DNA from: Narcine bancroftii
Taxonomy: Eukaryota
Direction: 5' to 3'
DNA: 64,000 bases
NCBI RefSeq assembly: GCF_036971445.1
Contig: NC_091470.1
Coordinates: 55,738,001 to 55,802,000 of the forward strand
Positions 12,309 through 24,169 of this stretch are shown here, piece by piece. The notes beneath the pieces were generated by a model that searched no databases, was not told the DNA's origin, and worked only from the letters and a program-made list of their open reading frames with translations. The position numbers were made by a program, and so were the translations under genes. How positions within the stretch are numbered: position 1 is the first letter of the stretch; each line of letters begins with the position of its first letter.

Positions 12309-14220
12309 TTACTTAAGTAACCGTCAATTCTACAATATAAAGTTATAAAAAAATACTTCAAGGTGAAACAGAACTGATTTTTTTTCCCATTGGAAATAGA
12401 TCTATTTACAATTTATGGATAAGTCATCCAAGTTGTTTGTTTAAACTGAAAATGCATTGTTTACCCAATCTGCAAAAGGTCATTCTTCCCCAAACTGGAA
12501 CAATTAGAATTTATACTCCAAAGCTCTTATATTTAACCTTTAAGTGAAACAATAGCTTCAAGTTTTCACAAAAAAACTTCCAACAGCAAAGGGTTAATCC
12601 TCCATGCTATTGAACAGATGATTCTTCACTTTACATTTTCTGTGACTTCAGTGGTTCTGGATAGTAAAAAAAAAATGAACAAAGAGGAATACCAACTAAA
12701 TATCATGAAATTAGAGTGATGCAACAGAACCTCCATTTACATGTGTGATTTTTAGTTCCGACTAATTGCAAAACATTTTTAACATTTGTGTCTGCAAAGA
12801 GATGACCAAGGATTGATAATGCAAGCAGAAACACTGTCATTTCACCAAAAATCAGTTAATATATTTTTCAGTTCAATCATGTTTGGGATCTTAATCTAGT
12901 TACAGTCATAGCAAGTTCAAAAAAAATTAACCACACAAGGATAAAATAAGCTATTTTCACTGATCATCTTCAGCCAATCATATTTAAAGGCTCTTAGGAT
13001 TTCATTTATGGGTGACTTAATTTGGACAGAACAGCTTAGCTGTAAATAATTAAAGCAAAATGAAGAAATGCATATCAAATTTGCATTCCAAGCAATTGTA
13101 TTTGTTTTTTTTCCAGGATAAATTATTTTAATTTTTTATCCAAAAGCCCCTGGGAGTTATTAACTTCTTGCTTATAGCAATGTTGGTATCAATTAATTTC
13201 ATAAAAGGTTACTGTCAAAATACATGCATCACAAATCAAATACATATCATTTGTGACTACTGCAACATGAGAATTACTCAACTTCTTACAGTTCTAATTC
13301 CTTACATTCCCTAAAAAATGACTTCAATGTTTAAAAATCACTTTTTTTTAAAAAAAATAGAAACTAAAATCTATTGCCCTGTTGATAACAGAAGATTAGC
13401 TTCTCCATTAAGGTAATGAAAGTGAAAAGCAAGACTCATATACATGTTTTGCAGCACAGAAAAGAGGAAAGAGTTCCTTCAGGCCATGTAGCCCTTTCTG
13501 AAATGCCTACAAAATCAGACAATACTTGAATGCACATGAAAACATTCACTCAATCACTCACAGTACATGGTATCAGGTCTCTTTTCTGTCCATGTCTCTC
13601 AACTGCCCTTGTAATAAAATTGTAAAATTTCCATTTATTTAAGCATTGTTAAGTGCATACATGTCCAGGTACTTATTACTTCAAAACCAACAGAATGAGA
13701 GACCTGGAATGCTACAGCAAATCAATTATATTAGTGTTTTAGAATAAGAGGAGAGAGAAAAAAAAAAACTGGACAGTGGATGATGCAAAATATTTTCCTT
13801 CAATATGATTGAAAAGATCACATTGGATCATTTTGATATCCACTGTGATGTATATCACCTCAAGCAGTTGAAATGCTTGGAACTGCACCTTCTTTAAGTC
13901 CTGCACAAAAACATAAAATGAAACTCTCGTATTAACTCAGTCTGTCGCAATTATTTCCATCTGATTTCACGATGGTTGAAAAGTGGATTAATTTTTTGCA
14001 TTAAACTTGGACCCCTGAAAAAATAGTTTACATTTTAGCTATTGTTCTCAATGACTTTTCCAAACAAACTTTTTTAACCATTCAACTTGTAAACCTCTGG
14101 ACAATGAAAAAATATTTTTGTTGTGAACCTGCAATGAGTCACATTGAAAAATTAACAGCAAACAAGTAAAAATATCCTACAAACTGTATAACTTTGATTT
14201 AAAGAAAGTTGAACAGTGAC

Positions 14221-14567
14221 CTAAAATATTTTCCTTTCTGTGATTTCACCTTCAGTAGCTGTAGATGTGGTAGGAAAGTCAGCCATATTGTGACCCATCA
14301 TCTGTCCCAGCATAAAAAGAACACGAGCTTCATGTTCTCTATCACTTTGCCTCATTCTTTCCTCCATTTCCATACGGAGTTGCTCAAGACGAGCAAAACG
14401 TTCCTCTGACGCTTCCATGTAACGGAGAAATTTTTCATCTGCAGCTTCACTGTATCGGATAAACTTCTCCATCATTCCATCCATGATGTCCTCCAGTGAG
14501 TGCTTCTTTGCTTTCTTCGGCTGAGGTGTAAATGGTAGAGATGAATGTGTACGCCTGACACGGGGAG
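14221..14567 (-). CDS. Myb/SANT-like (MSANTD/Harbinger-ORF1-like) protein, exon 2 (basic patch and coiled coil, includes stop)
   Basis: Acceptor TTTTTTTCCCTTTAG at 14568, phase 1 matching the exon 1 donor; (P)PRVRR...PKKAKKHSLEDIMDGMMEKFIRYSEAADEKFLRYMEASEERFARLEQLRMEMEERMRQSDREHEARVLFMLGQMM...KIF*. Confidence 0.85.
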
Positions 14568-15329
14568 CTAAAGGGAAAAAAAAAATACACAACATGTTTG
14601 AAACATGCCTACCTGGGCAAATAACCATGGAAAACTGAAAATAATTATTTTTCATGGAAGGAAATACACAAAATTCCAGGTGACGACAATAATTGGTGAA
14701 CACTTAAAGCTCATCCATTGCTGTAGGTCACCTTCAATTCAAATATCCAGAATATCAACCATCAGTGCCAAGACTCAGACTGACTGCTATTCAAACTTTC
14801 ATTGATGACTATGTAACCTCTAGACTGAGAAATTTCAATGTGTGCCTCTCACATTCTGCCATCCCATTTATTTTCAATTTCTAGGCTTTGTCTCATTCAA
14901 CAACTGTATGATTTGCTCAACCTATTAATTCTAAGATGTCTGCATTCCTCTTATTCTGTGCTCTTGATTACACCTGAATTTAATTGCTCCAACATTTGTG
15001 GCTAAGTTTTTTCATCTAACAAGATATTAACACTATTCATTTCTTTAAAATGCTCTTAAAAACAGCTTCCTGGATCAATACTGACAAACTTTACTCTATT
15101 TACACTCTGATGATATTCCGTGAGAAATGTAACATTTCCTTTATTAATGAAGCTCAATTTGCTTTTGTAATTAATAAAGTTTTACAATTGAATATCTGTA
15201 CTTAAGTTACAAATCTAAAAAAAAAGTATTTCAACTTGATTATGGTTCAGAAAACTTTAAAAAATGTCACTAAATTCAAAAGACAGCATCTGAAAGCAAC
15301 ATGAGCAACACAAGGCTCATGTGGCAGGG

Positions 15330-15825
15330 TATTAAAAAAAAATGACTGCATCAACCTTTCTGGTCAGCAATAACGATGCCTCCCTAACAGGATTGAGGAG
15401 AAAAATAAGGTGACACCAAAGAAAGCCTCATATTCCCCTGAAGAACAGGCATCCTGCATAGCCTCAGCTGAGGTGAGGAAGACCCTACCCAGGGTGAACC
15501 CACACAAATAACAATCCTAATTGGGTGCAGAGGACTTTGTGGCCCAGCTGCTGGAGATTGTAATGGACATCTACAACATCTCAGTGCAGCAGTCCTTTGT
15601 CCCCACAAGTTTCAAGGCAGCCACCACCATCTTGGTGCTGAAGAAAGTGACAGTAACTAAACTAAATGACTATGGCCTAATGGCACTGACATTTATGATC
15701 AAGTGCTTTGAGTGGCTGTTGTTGGAATGCATCAAAGTGCATCTTTCAGTTTGCCTACCATCCAAACTGCCTTGATCCTCTACTTTAACCTGACCCACCT
15801 AGAGAACAATGCCTCACATACAAGA
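15330..15825 (+). mobile_element. Rex1/Babar LINE RT fragment (N-terminal RT part)
   Basis: ORF 15521: DIYNISVQQSFVPTSFKAATTILVLKK...LNDYGLMALTFMIKCFEWL (family pattern PTCFK..IIPVPKK..LNDYRPVALT..MKCFERL). Confidence 0.8.
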
Positions 15826-18800
15826 CCATAAATACAGAATAGGCTATTCGACCCATCAAGTCTTCCACCATTTTCCCATTCAGTCCCACTGCCTGGCCGT
15901 CTCACCATAACCTTGGTACCCTGGCTGATCAAGAACCTATCAATCTTTACCAAAAGATACACCAAAAGATTTGGCCTCCACAACTGCCTATGGTATAAAT
16001 TCCACAGATTGAACTGCTTATTCATGCAGTGGCTAGCGTAGCTATTGGACATTAAAGTGACAAGAAATTTTGTCAATAATCCACCATGCTCCTGAAGGAA
16101 ATAAAAATCCAGTGAGCTTTGATAGCTATATCACAACAACCTCAGGACTTATTTTCCCTGTGCCATTAAATTTTGATTCTTGAGGAAAGTGCGAAATGGA
16201 GGGGGACAATACGAACTCCGCAAAATCCCACACTGCTGTATGAAGAACTCAGCACCGGCCACAGCCAGTTAATCAGATAACTATCACACTCACAGCACTA
16301 GCTAATAGTTTAAAGTGACCTATTGCCTGCAATGTAAGCCCCTCCCCAAGGAAACTGCACAGGACTTTTGGGTGTGCTCATTGCAGCATCCAGACTTATG
16401 CTGGAGCTCAGGCATTTAAAGATGTCCAGCCTTTGGCTTAATTTAATGCAATCCTTATCAGAAAAAAACTCCATCATTAGATAACACTAATTGAAACTTG
16501 TCAGATAAGAGAACAATCTAAGAGTGGTGATGCCTTCTGCCCGAGAAATAAAGAGGAAGCTGAGGCACCACTGAAACCCTGAATGAAATATGAATTTCCT
16601 TTAGGAATGCCAATGGGAGATGACGACAGGGATGATTGGCTATATCCAAGCGAACCAACACAGATTCTTGTTCAGCATTCTGACCCACCTCAGGGGTGAA
16701 ACCGATTCTGGAGACCCCACCCAGGACCCCAGAGCATACCTAATAAATATACCCGACCACCACTCTCATGGTCCACCACCTCGCCGAAATGTCTGCTTTA
16801 AGTGTGATGGAGAAGGACATTAACATTGGGAGTGCTCCTCCTTTGGAGAGGACAATCGCTGCCAGGCATCTTTTACTACAGATAATCCCTTCTGCCAATG
16901 ATCTGAGGAGGGGCCAGAGGTCCACACCACCTTCCCCTGAGTAACATGAGGAAGGAGTGAGGAACCTAGAGTTACAATGAAGGTGCAGGATGTCTCTCTT
17001 CCATTTTTGATTGATACAAGAGCAACTTTACAAGAATTCTCACAGGGAGCATTGACCAACATCTCAAGAAGTCCATGGTACCTTGCAACACCATCGTCAG
17101 CAAAATACTGAAGTATCAGAGGAGGTATGGTCAGCATCACCATATAAGGTAGGATAAACCAACTCAACTACCTTCCATACCACCTTACATCAGTCAGTAC
17201 AAGTATACATCCAGCATTCAGCGGCAGCTCTCCTGAAGTTCAATCAAACAGGCCACATGACTCGAGCATGTTTGAGCCACTATGAACTTTCTCTTTCAGT
17301 AAGCACGTATCTGATCTTCTACAACTTCACTACTGTTATCTTGGCAGCCTTCATAACACCACCTCCAGATGAACTTGAAGAGCTAGATTATGATTGTTTG
17401 CAGCATAATCTTCTTTTGACTTCTGGCACAACAAGATTTAATAGACAGTCCCATTAATGGAGCTCTGACTTGGTTTGATGATGGGTCAGCTTTTGTTGAT
17501 GATACAGGTCAACACTGTTCAAGTTATGCCATTGTCCAAAATACAGATGAGATAATAAAGGCAGCTGCCTTCCACCATTCAGTCTGTCCCAGCAATCTGA
17601 ATTTTTTGCCCTTATTAGAGCCTACAAAATAGGAAAGGGAATATCATTTAATATTTATGCACTGGGAATAACTTACACAGATGCCACTGCAAAAGCTGCT
17701 GTTATAAACGGTCCCTTCACCATTTTTCAGAAAGAGATAAACTGGTTATAAACAGAACAGTCTTGTCTGATACAGGGGATGTAATACAACTTCAGAGGAA
17801 CACCCCTACTAATTTGATTAAGGTCTGGAAACAGCAGGGTGTGCCAGGGATCCAGAAATTGAATTACGAACACTCCTGCTGAACAATTTATGTACCTAAT
17901 GCATTTTTTAAAAACTGTACTGCTTAATTACATACATGAAATAACACATTTGGGTATGGGAATGGTAGGAGTGGCACACCAGTTTGAGAAAAGAGGCACA
18001 AAGTAAGGCACAGGAATGTATTATCTGTCAGCAACATAATCCTGGTAAAGCAATCAAGTGTCCTCCGGGTAGGGCATGAATGACTATCATTTGAGTATAT
18101 ATAGATTTTACAGAATTGCTTAGAGTAGCTATAAGTATTGTTTTGTTATTATTGATCTACCTCATGTCTTGGAAAAAAAGCTGAGGCAAATTTATATTCT
18201 TATTAATATCCACATTATAAATGTACAAACTTGGATAAAGGTATAGCATTCTCCATGAACGAAGAAAGCGATCAGTGATACAGGGCAAATTCAGAATTGT
18301 TGCTACTTGCTATTAATAGGTTAGTTAGGGTTTTTGATTATACATCAGTGGTACTATGTGTTCTTGCAAAGAACCTTCAAAAACAGTGCAATTTAGAACA
18401 TTTTATCCTCAGAACAATTTAAGTAAATATGGCAGATGTTTTGGCAATGAAGAATATGCATTCAATATTCCCAAATTCAAAACTATCTCTAGCTCCCAAA
18501 TTAATGTAAACTTAAATAATTTACAAGGAGACAAGACTGCAAACAGGCTGGTTGCAGCTCTTTGGTTAATTGAGAGCTTAAATACGACTATTACATCTCT
18601 ATTCATTTACTTCCTCTGGGCTTAAATATTATAATTTTTTAAAAATAAATTTAGCATCTACTGATTATTTTAATAATAGCTTAAGAAGATATCAAGGCTT
18701 ATTGGCAGTGATCCCCTGCTGGTGCTGATGCAGCCTTGACGTTACAAGACCTGTAATCATATACAAGCATAGGACAAATCTCAGCAGAAAAATTGTTTTG

Positions 18801-19215
18801 TATTTCAAGTTCAAGTTTGAAAGTCAACATCAGAACTTCATTTTTATGGCATTCAGTTGATCATTATACTGTGAAGCTGTTTGACTTGGAGTATCTTCAT
18901 TACATTTTAAATTCATTTTTTGATTTTCCAGCTTTATTTTTAAAGTCTCAATCTGCTCCAGATAGGTTTTGAGCTACATACAAAAGGGAAAAAAAAAAAG
19001 TTGATTAAATTCTGGGGACCTACCCAGAAGAAAGAGGAGGACAATACAGAGGTATCGGACGGAATTCGGCCAGGAGACACCCACGGCCGTAAAGGTTAAG
19101 GAGGAACCTCGGTAGATACATCACACCTACTGTAAAAAGATTGGCCCTGGAAAAAGTCAGCATGTTGCATCAGAGGACAAGCCAGAGCCTAGATCAGGCT
19201 CCTGAATGGCAAAAA

Positions 19216-20332
19216 TGAACAATGGGTGTATTTAAAGGTATTTTTGGCTTTGTTTTGGGACTCTTATAATGACTAATTTGATGAATGAGAATGAGAATTC
19301 AAATCAGATAGCTAAACGGGAATGGCATAGCCCAAATGTATGTTGAAACTATGAATTTATCTTACTGTCAGATCTGTAGTCATGTACCAACCCATAGTAA
19401 TCAAGATATTCCTATGGTAGCTATACCCTTTAATGATACAGAACATATAGCATGGAGCTGTCACTCCAACTGGACTCTGAGGGTTATACTGGCAAACATA
19501 TGTCAACCCACTATACATCGGTTTATTAATTGGTACAAGCCAAAATATAACCTGTCCATACAGCCCCTATATTAAATGCTGAACAAGTTCACCAAGGGAG
19601 GCACTTGTCCATGTAGAGGAGACTAAAGTAGATCTGGAACGGACTATTGCACTAAAGAAAGTACTGTAGTCAATTTGGCCATTTTATGGGGGATGCAACC
19701 TTAAATAATACCTATCTTTGTGATGAATGAAAAGCATATCCATGATAACCTATCTTATCCCAGCTATGTGGCATTTTGAGGATATTACTGACCATCCTTT
19801 GGTTGAATAAAAAGAACCATTTCTGAGACAAAAGTTTTTTATGATTCCATTTCCTCAGTATGATACTGCTAAGGCAGCCCGAGAATTGATTAATATGGCC
19901 AGTGCCCTAGAAAAGATTACCAATCAAACCACAAGGATTGAGAAAAACACACAGACCCAAATTTGCATCTCACCAATGAAGTGGTGGCCATATGAATTGT
20001 GGTCTTACAAAACCATTTAGATTTTGTTTTACTTCTAGCAGAAAAAGGTGGAACATATGCAGTTGTGGGACAAGAATGCTGTATGTGCATCCTTGATGCT
20101 TCATAAAATATCATTCATTTAGCAGAACACATTAGAGAACAGATACATGAAGTACAGAAAATTCCACAATTACAACCTCAGGGACCATCTTGGTGGCCAT
20201 TTAAGGGATGGTAGACTACATTTATCCAGCGATTATGTGTCCTATCTATCATGCTACTGATAGTGTGGCTTTTGCGATTCTTTTATTTGATTCATGTCTT
20301 AAAGATGTCTTGTTACAAAGGATTATCATGAC
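19216..20332 (+). pseudogene. ERV env remnant (SU CxxC, furin site, ISD, CX6CC remnant, TM)
   Basis: CQICSHVP at about 19365; [CGA>TGA]-IKR|TISE at 19804; ISD from 20005; GGTYAVVGQECC; hydrophobic LCVLSIMLLIVWLL; multiple stops and frameshifts. Confidence 0.85.
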
Positions 20333-20439
20333 AGATCATAGTGTAGTTTCATTTTGCTTTTTTCTTTAATAGTAGGGCATACAAACAGACTCCAAATAGT
20401 AGGGCATTTGAATGGACACCAGAATGTTAGTGTGGTGGT

Positions 20440-20810
20440 CCCAACGCTTCTGTATGCATCGGAAACCTGGACAACATCTGAAGGCACTTGAAAAGTTCCA
20501 TCAACGCTGTCTTCGTAACGTCTTAAATATCAGCTGGGAAGATAGAAGAACTAAAGTCAGTGTGCTAAATGAAGGAAAAACAACAAGCATTTGAAGCCAA
20601 CAGATGTGCAGAACTAGAAGAAAAGAGAAGTAAATGAAAAGAGAGGCAGCAGCAACCAAAGTCCAATCTGCCATCTGGAACTACCTGTCCTGAATGCGGA
20701 AGATCTTTCAAAGCCAAGATTGGACTCAGAAGCCACTTTAGAGCCCATAAATAGGTCAACGGAATGAAGTCCATAATCCTCGACCTCAAGGGATAGCCAT
20801 GACAACAACA
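20440..20810 (+). mobile_element. RTE-clade LINE fragment inserted between env and the PPT
   Basis: LKALEKFHQRCLRNVLNISWEDRRT and CPECGRSFKAKIGLRSHFRAH. Confidence 0.8.
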
Positions 20811-20875
20811 TAAAGGGAAAATAAACCATATTGTAATACTCATTAATTATCATAAAATGATAAAAGGAAGGAATA

Positions 20876-21321
20876 TGAAAGAATAAGTTTTACGAATATA
20901 CTTTAAAAAGGGTTAATGGATTATGTAAGAAAATACAGTAGCAGCTTGTGCAATTGTGAGAACATAACTGCCTTCTTAACATCTGTGCCAGAGTGAGATA
21001 GTCCCCAACTTCACAACAATGTCTATAAACCTTGGGTACAAAATACTAATATTTCTCAGACACTTCTAGACATCACAGGATAACATGTTATTGTAAATAC
21101 AAAATTGTCAGGTGTGAAACTTCAAAGGATCTCATGCAGACCCCTGCCCAAAATGTGTATAAAAGTTCGATGAACACTCCATGGCTTTGAGTTGGGGTTC
21201 AGTGTAGAGAACAAGTTACTAAATTAATTCTCTTATCTCCCCCTTAGTCCCGCTAGTGTTACCAAGGTGAAATAAAGAAGCTGTTGTATGCTTAATTGGT
21301 TCTGCTGTTTGTTTTCTTACA
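20876..21321 (+). mobile_element. ERV 3' LTR
   Basis: Preceded by PPT AAAAGGAAGGAA (20862-20873); termini TGAAAGAA...TTCTTACA (7/8 inverted match); TATAAAA at 21158; AATAAA at 21271. Confidence 0.8.
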
Positions 21322-21334
21322 TCATGGGCTGACT

Positions 21335-22110
21335 TTTGTCTCCTGCTCACTGAAAATCAACATAAGCACACCTCAAGGACGCATGCTTAGCACACAGCTC
21401 AACTCACTCTGTGACTGTGTGGCTAAATACAATTCAAATGCTATTTGCAAATTTGCTGATGACATCAGGATTGGCAGCAGAATCACAGATGGCATTGAGG
21501 AAGTGTACAGGAGGAAGATAGATCAGTGAGTTGTGTCACAACAGCAACCTTGCACTCAACGTGAGGAAAACTAAGGAGATAGTAGAACACGAACTAGTCT
21601 TCATCAAGGGGTCAGCAATGGAGAGGGTCAAGAACTTTAAATTCCTCGAGTCTCCATGTTGATGCAATCACGAATAAGGCTCACCAGTGACTATACTTTG
21701 CGAGGAGTTGGAGGAGCTTTGGTATGTCACCAAAGATTCTTGGAGACTCTCCAGGTGTGCCATATTACTCTCTGGTACAGAGGTGCTAATGCTCGGGACA
21801 GGAAAAAAAAACTCCACTTGGCCTGCGACATAATGGGGACCAGACTTCACTCCATCGAGGATATCTACAATAGGCAATGTCAAGAAAGTAGCCTCTGTCC
21901 TTCGGGAGCCTGAAGACAAGCACTCAGCAGCACAAAGACATTCCAATTTCTGAATGAATAATGAACCCAAGACACTTCGTCTTTTTTTGCTCTATTTCTT
22001 TAAATTTATTTTGAAATATGGTTTATATAAATGTTTGCACTGTGACGCTGCCTCAAATCACAAATTTCGTGATTTGTTCATGACAATAAATTCTAATTCG
22101 AAACTTGAAT
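21335..22110 (+). mobile_element. Rex1/Babar LINE 3' part
   Basis: STPQGRMLS...DCVAKYNSNAICKFADD; 3' tail 'gacaataaattctaattc'. Confidence 0.8.
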
Positions 22111-23204
22111 CTCCACCTCAAAAACACGGTCACAAAACCACCACCTCACTGGTCAAAACATTTTCATCATCAACAAGACATTTTATTACGAGTTAAAATT
22201 AAACGAATCCAACACAATCCAAGTCAAAATAGCGTTCCAAAAATATTGCTGCCCTCCAGCGTATCCAAAAGTGCTCTGGAACGATCCTACAAGCATTTTC
22301 GAAAACACCTCCCAACCAATAGCAAAACTAAGGCACATTAGCTCCTCAAATTTCTCCTCCAAGGTTACACAACACTCCAGTTTATAAACATCATTCGTTC
22401 ACAGTCAATAAATTCTGACAGCATTGTGGAAGACACAACGGCTCGCCGCCCCTATCGAGAGAAAGAAGAAAACATAAAAGTGCATATTTTTTCTTCATAC
22501 CCATGTGAATAATATGCAAAAATTAAGCATACTAAATTGGAATTTATTTACTTAAAGTGACCACTAATATTCTTCTGTACAAGGTCCCCGTTTCAAAATT
22601 TAAACTTGAACAGCAGTGATCCAGTAGTTTTCGAGTAACGCTCAAGCCTTTCATCGTCCCATCTACAGACTCAGTACAAGTAATTGCTTCAACTGAACCC
22701 CATTTAGTGCTTAAGTTCCCAAGTTCATCGGAATTTAGAACACTACAATCATGTTTTCAGCTCGGTTTACAACGGGCATACGATAAAGAATGAAAACAAT
22801 CGTTTAAAATACTTGCAAAGACAAGAACACGGTCAAAAGTATTATTTAGTATCACGGATGATCGTCAAGTTGGATTTTCAATTTTTTCTTTTGAGAGTTC
22901 ATATTTAGAAATCTAAAAGTTGAGAAATTCAAAGTTGCCGCGTAGTTGTGAACCAAAGAACTGAAGCCTGTGCAATTAAAAACGAAATGATTGAGCTGAT
23001 TGTTTACACGTTGAGTTTATTGCAACTTCCGTGACAGTTGAAACACAATTGTTCCCCTTCCCACGCAAAATTTTCTGATAACTCATTGAACATCTAAAAG
23101 GATTAAAGCATTTCACTAATTCCTTACTTCGAGAAAAGACAGTATTCCCCATTTGGAATTGACATTAAGCTCACTCTGAAAGCGACAATAACTTAAATTC
23201 TTAC

Positions 23205-23733
23205 GACAGAAAGCACTGGTAGAGGGTTGAGGCTCAAATGGCCGGTTGATGGTCTCCCCCATCGAGTGATCGGGCTCCTCCGAGGAACAATGGCCATTGC
23301 GGCATTCAACTCTTTGGCTGATATCGGAGTGCGGGCTGCTGTGCTCCTCCTTCACGTCTCGCGACTCACTGGGGGTCGCGATCGCGTCCATGACTACAGG
23401 CCGTTCATTGGCAGCTCGGGAACCGAGCACAGCATCAAGTTGCTCGAAGAAGCGGCAGATCTTCCTCCCACTGGCGCTGCAGCCCTGCCTGATGCTGTCC
23501 TTGGCCAGCGTGTATTTTCTCTTCAGTCCCTTGATGCGGATGCGGCACTGCTCCGGGGTGCGGATGTAACCCTGGTCCAGCAACTGCGACGAGATGAACT
23601 TAAAAACGTGGCTGTTCCTCAGCTGCTCGTCCAGAGCCGTCTGCACATTCTCCTCACTCCAGACCGCGATCAGCGCCAGGGTCTCGGACTCCGACCACAG
23701 GGCGCCGCGTTCAAACCTCGCCTCTGACATCAT
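23205..23733 (-). CDS. Myb/SANT-like (Myb_DNA-bind_4, trihelix-type) DNA-binding protein, exon 1
   Basis: MMSEARFERGALWSESETLALIAVWSEENVQTALDEQLRNSHVFKFISSQLLDQGYIRTPEQCRIRIKGLKRKY...CRFFEQLDAVLG; donor C|GTAAGA at 23204; joined to exon 2 gives 876 nt / 291 aa; an in-frame upstream ATG at 23901 would add 56 aa. Confidence 0.9.
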
Positions 23734-24169
23734 TGGAAAGCCGGCGCCCGGCGGCCCACACTCTGCGGCGGGGGGGGGGCACCCCAGCCCACTTTTTTCA
23801 CCAACAAAAAGGATGGAAGAAACAAAACAAACTGCCCTCCATGATTGAAACCATCGGATCACTCGAGAGGCCCCTTCAAATTTGCCCCCTCTGAGAACCA
23901 TGGGTAGATGTTGGCGTCATCTCCACTTCCGGGCATCGGCGGGCCCGGCACCTCTGACACCAAGCTCCAGCATGCCGACGGTGAATGGTGGTGGGTGGCA
24001 GCTTTGCAGAGCTACCCACTTTGCGGCTCGGCGATCATTAATGAGCTGAGGCGAGGACAAACACTCATGGCAAGGCCTGTCTTTTGTGGTCCTGGCCGTC
24101 GCCTTCGAGTGACGCGGTGAGGAGGCGGGGCGAGTGCGCGTGAGGGCGGTTGGTGGGACCAGTGGGTGA

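Larger units (their letters stand above)
16020..21321 (+). mobile_element. Decayed endogenous retrovirus (class I, gamma/epsilon-like): gag-pro-pol(deleted)-env-PPT-3'LTR
   Basis: MHR-like QCKPLPKETAQDFW (about 16330); zinc knuckle CFKCDGEGH*HWEC (16794-16835); protease EPRVTMKV...FLIDTRAT (16962-17027); RT start VSEEVWSASPYKVG; connection HMTRACLSHYE; RNase H TWFDDGSAFV; IN HEITH...CIICQQHN and TPTAVKV; env CQIC, (R)IKR, LQNHLDFVLLLAEKGGTYAVVGQECC; left boundary approximate. Confidence 0.92.

Noticed and set aside
8200-23100. Search for GPR33 or a Harbinger (HARBI1-like) transposase between DTD2 and NUBPL
   Set aside because: No 7TM ORF and no DDE transposase motifs were seen on either strand.
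23227-23848. Overlapping plus-strand ORFs (166, 90 and 84 aa)
   Set aside because: Antisense by-products of the GC-rich Myb/SANT exon.
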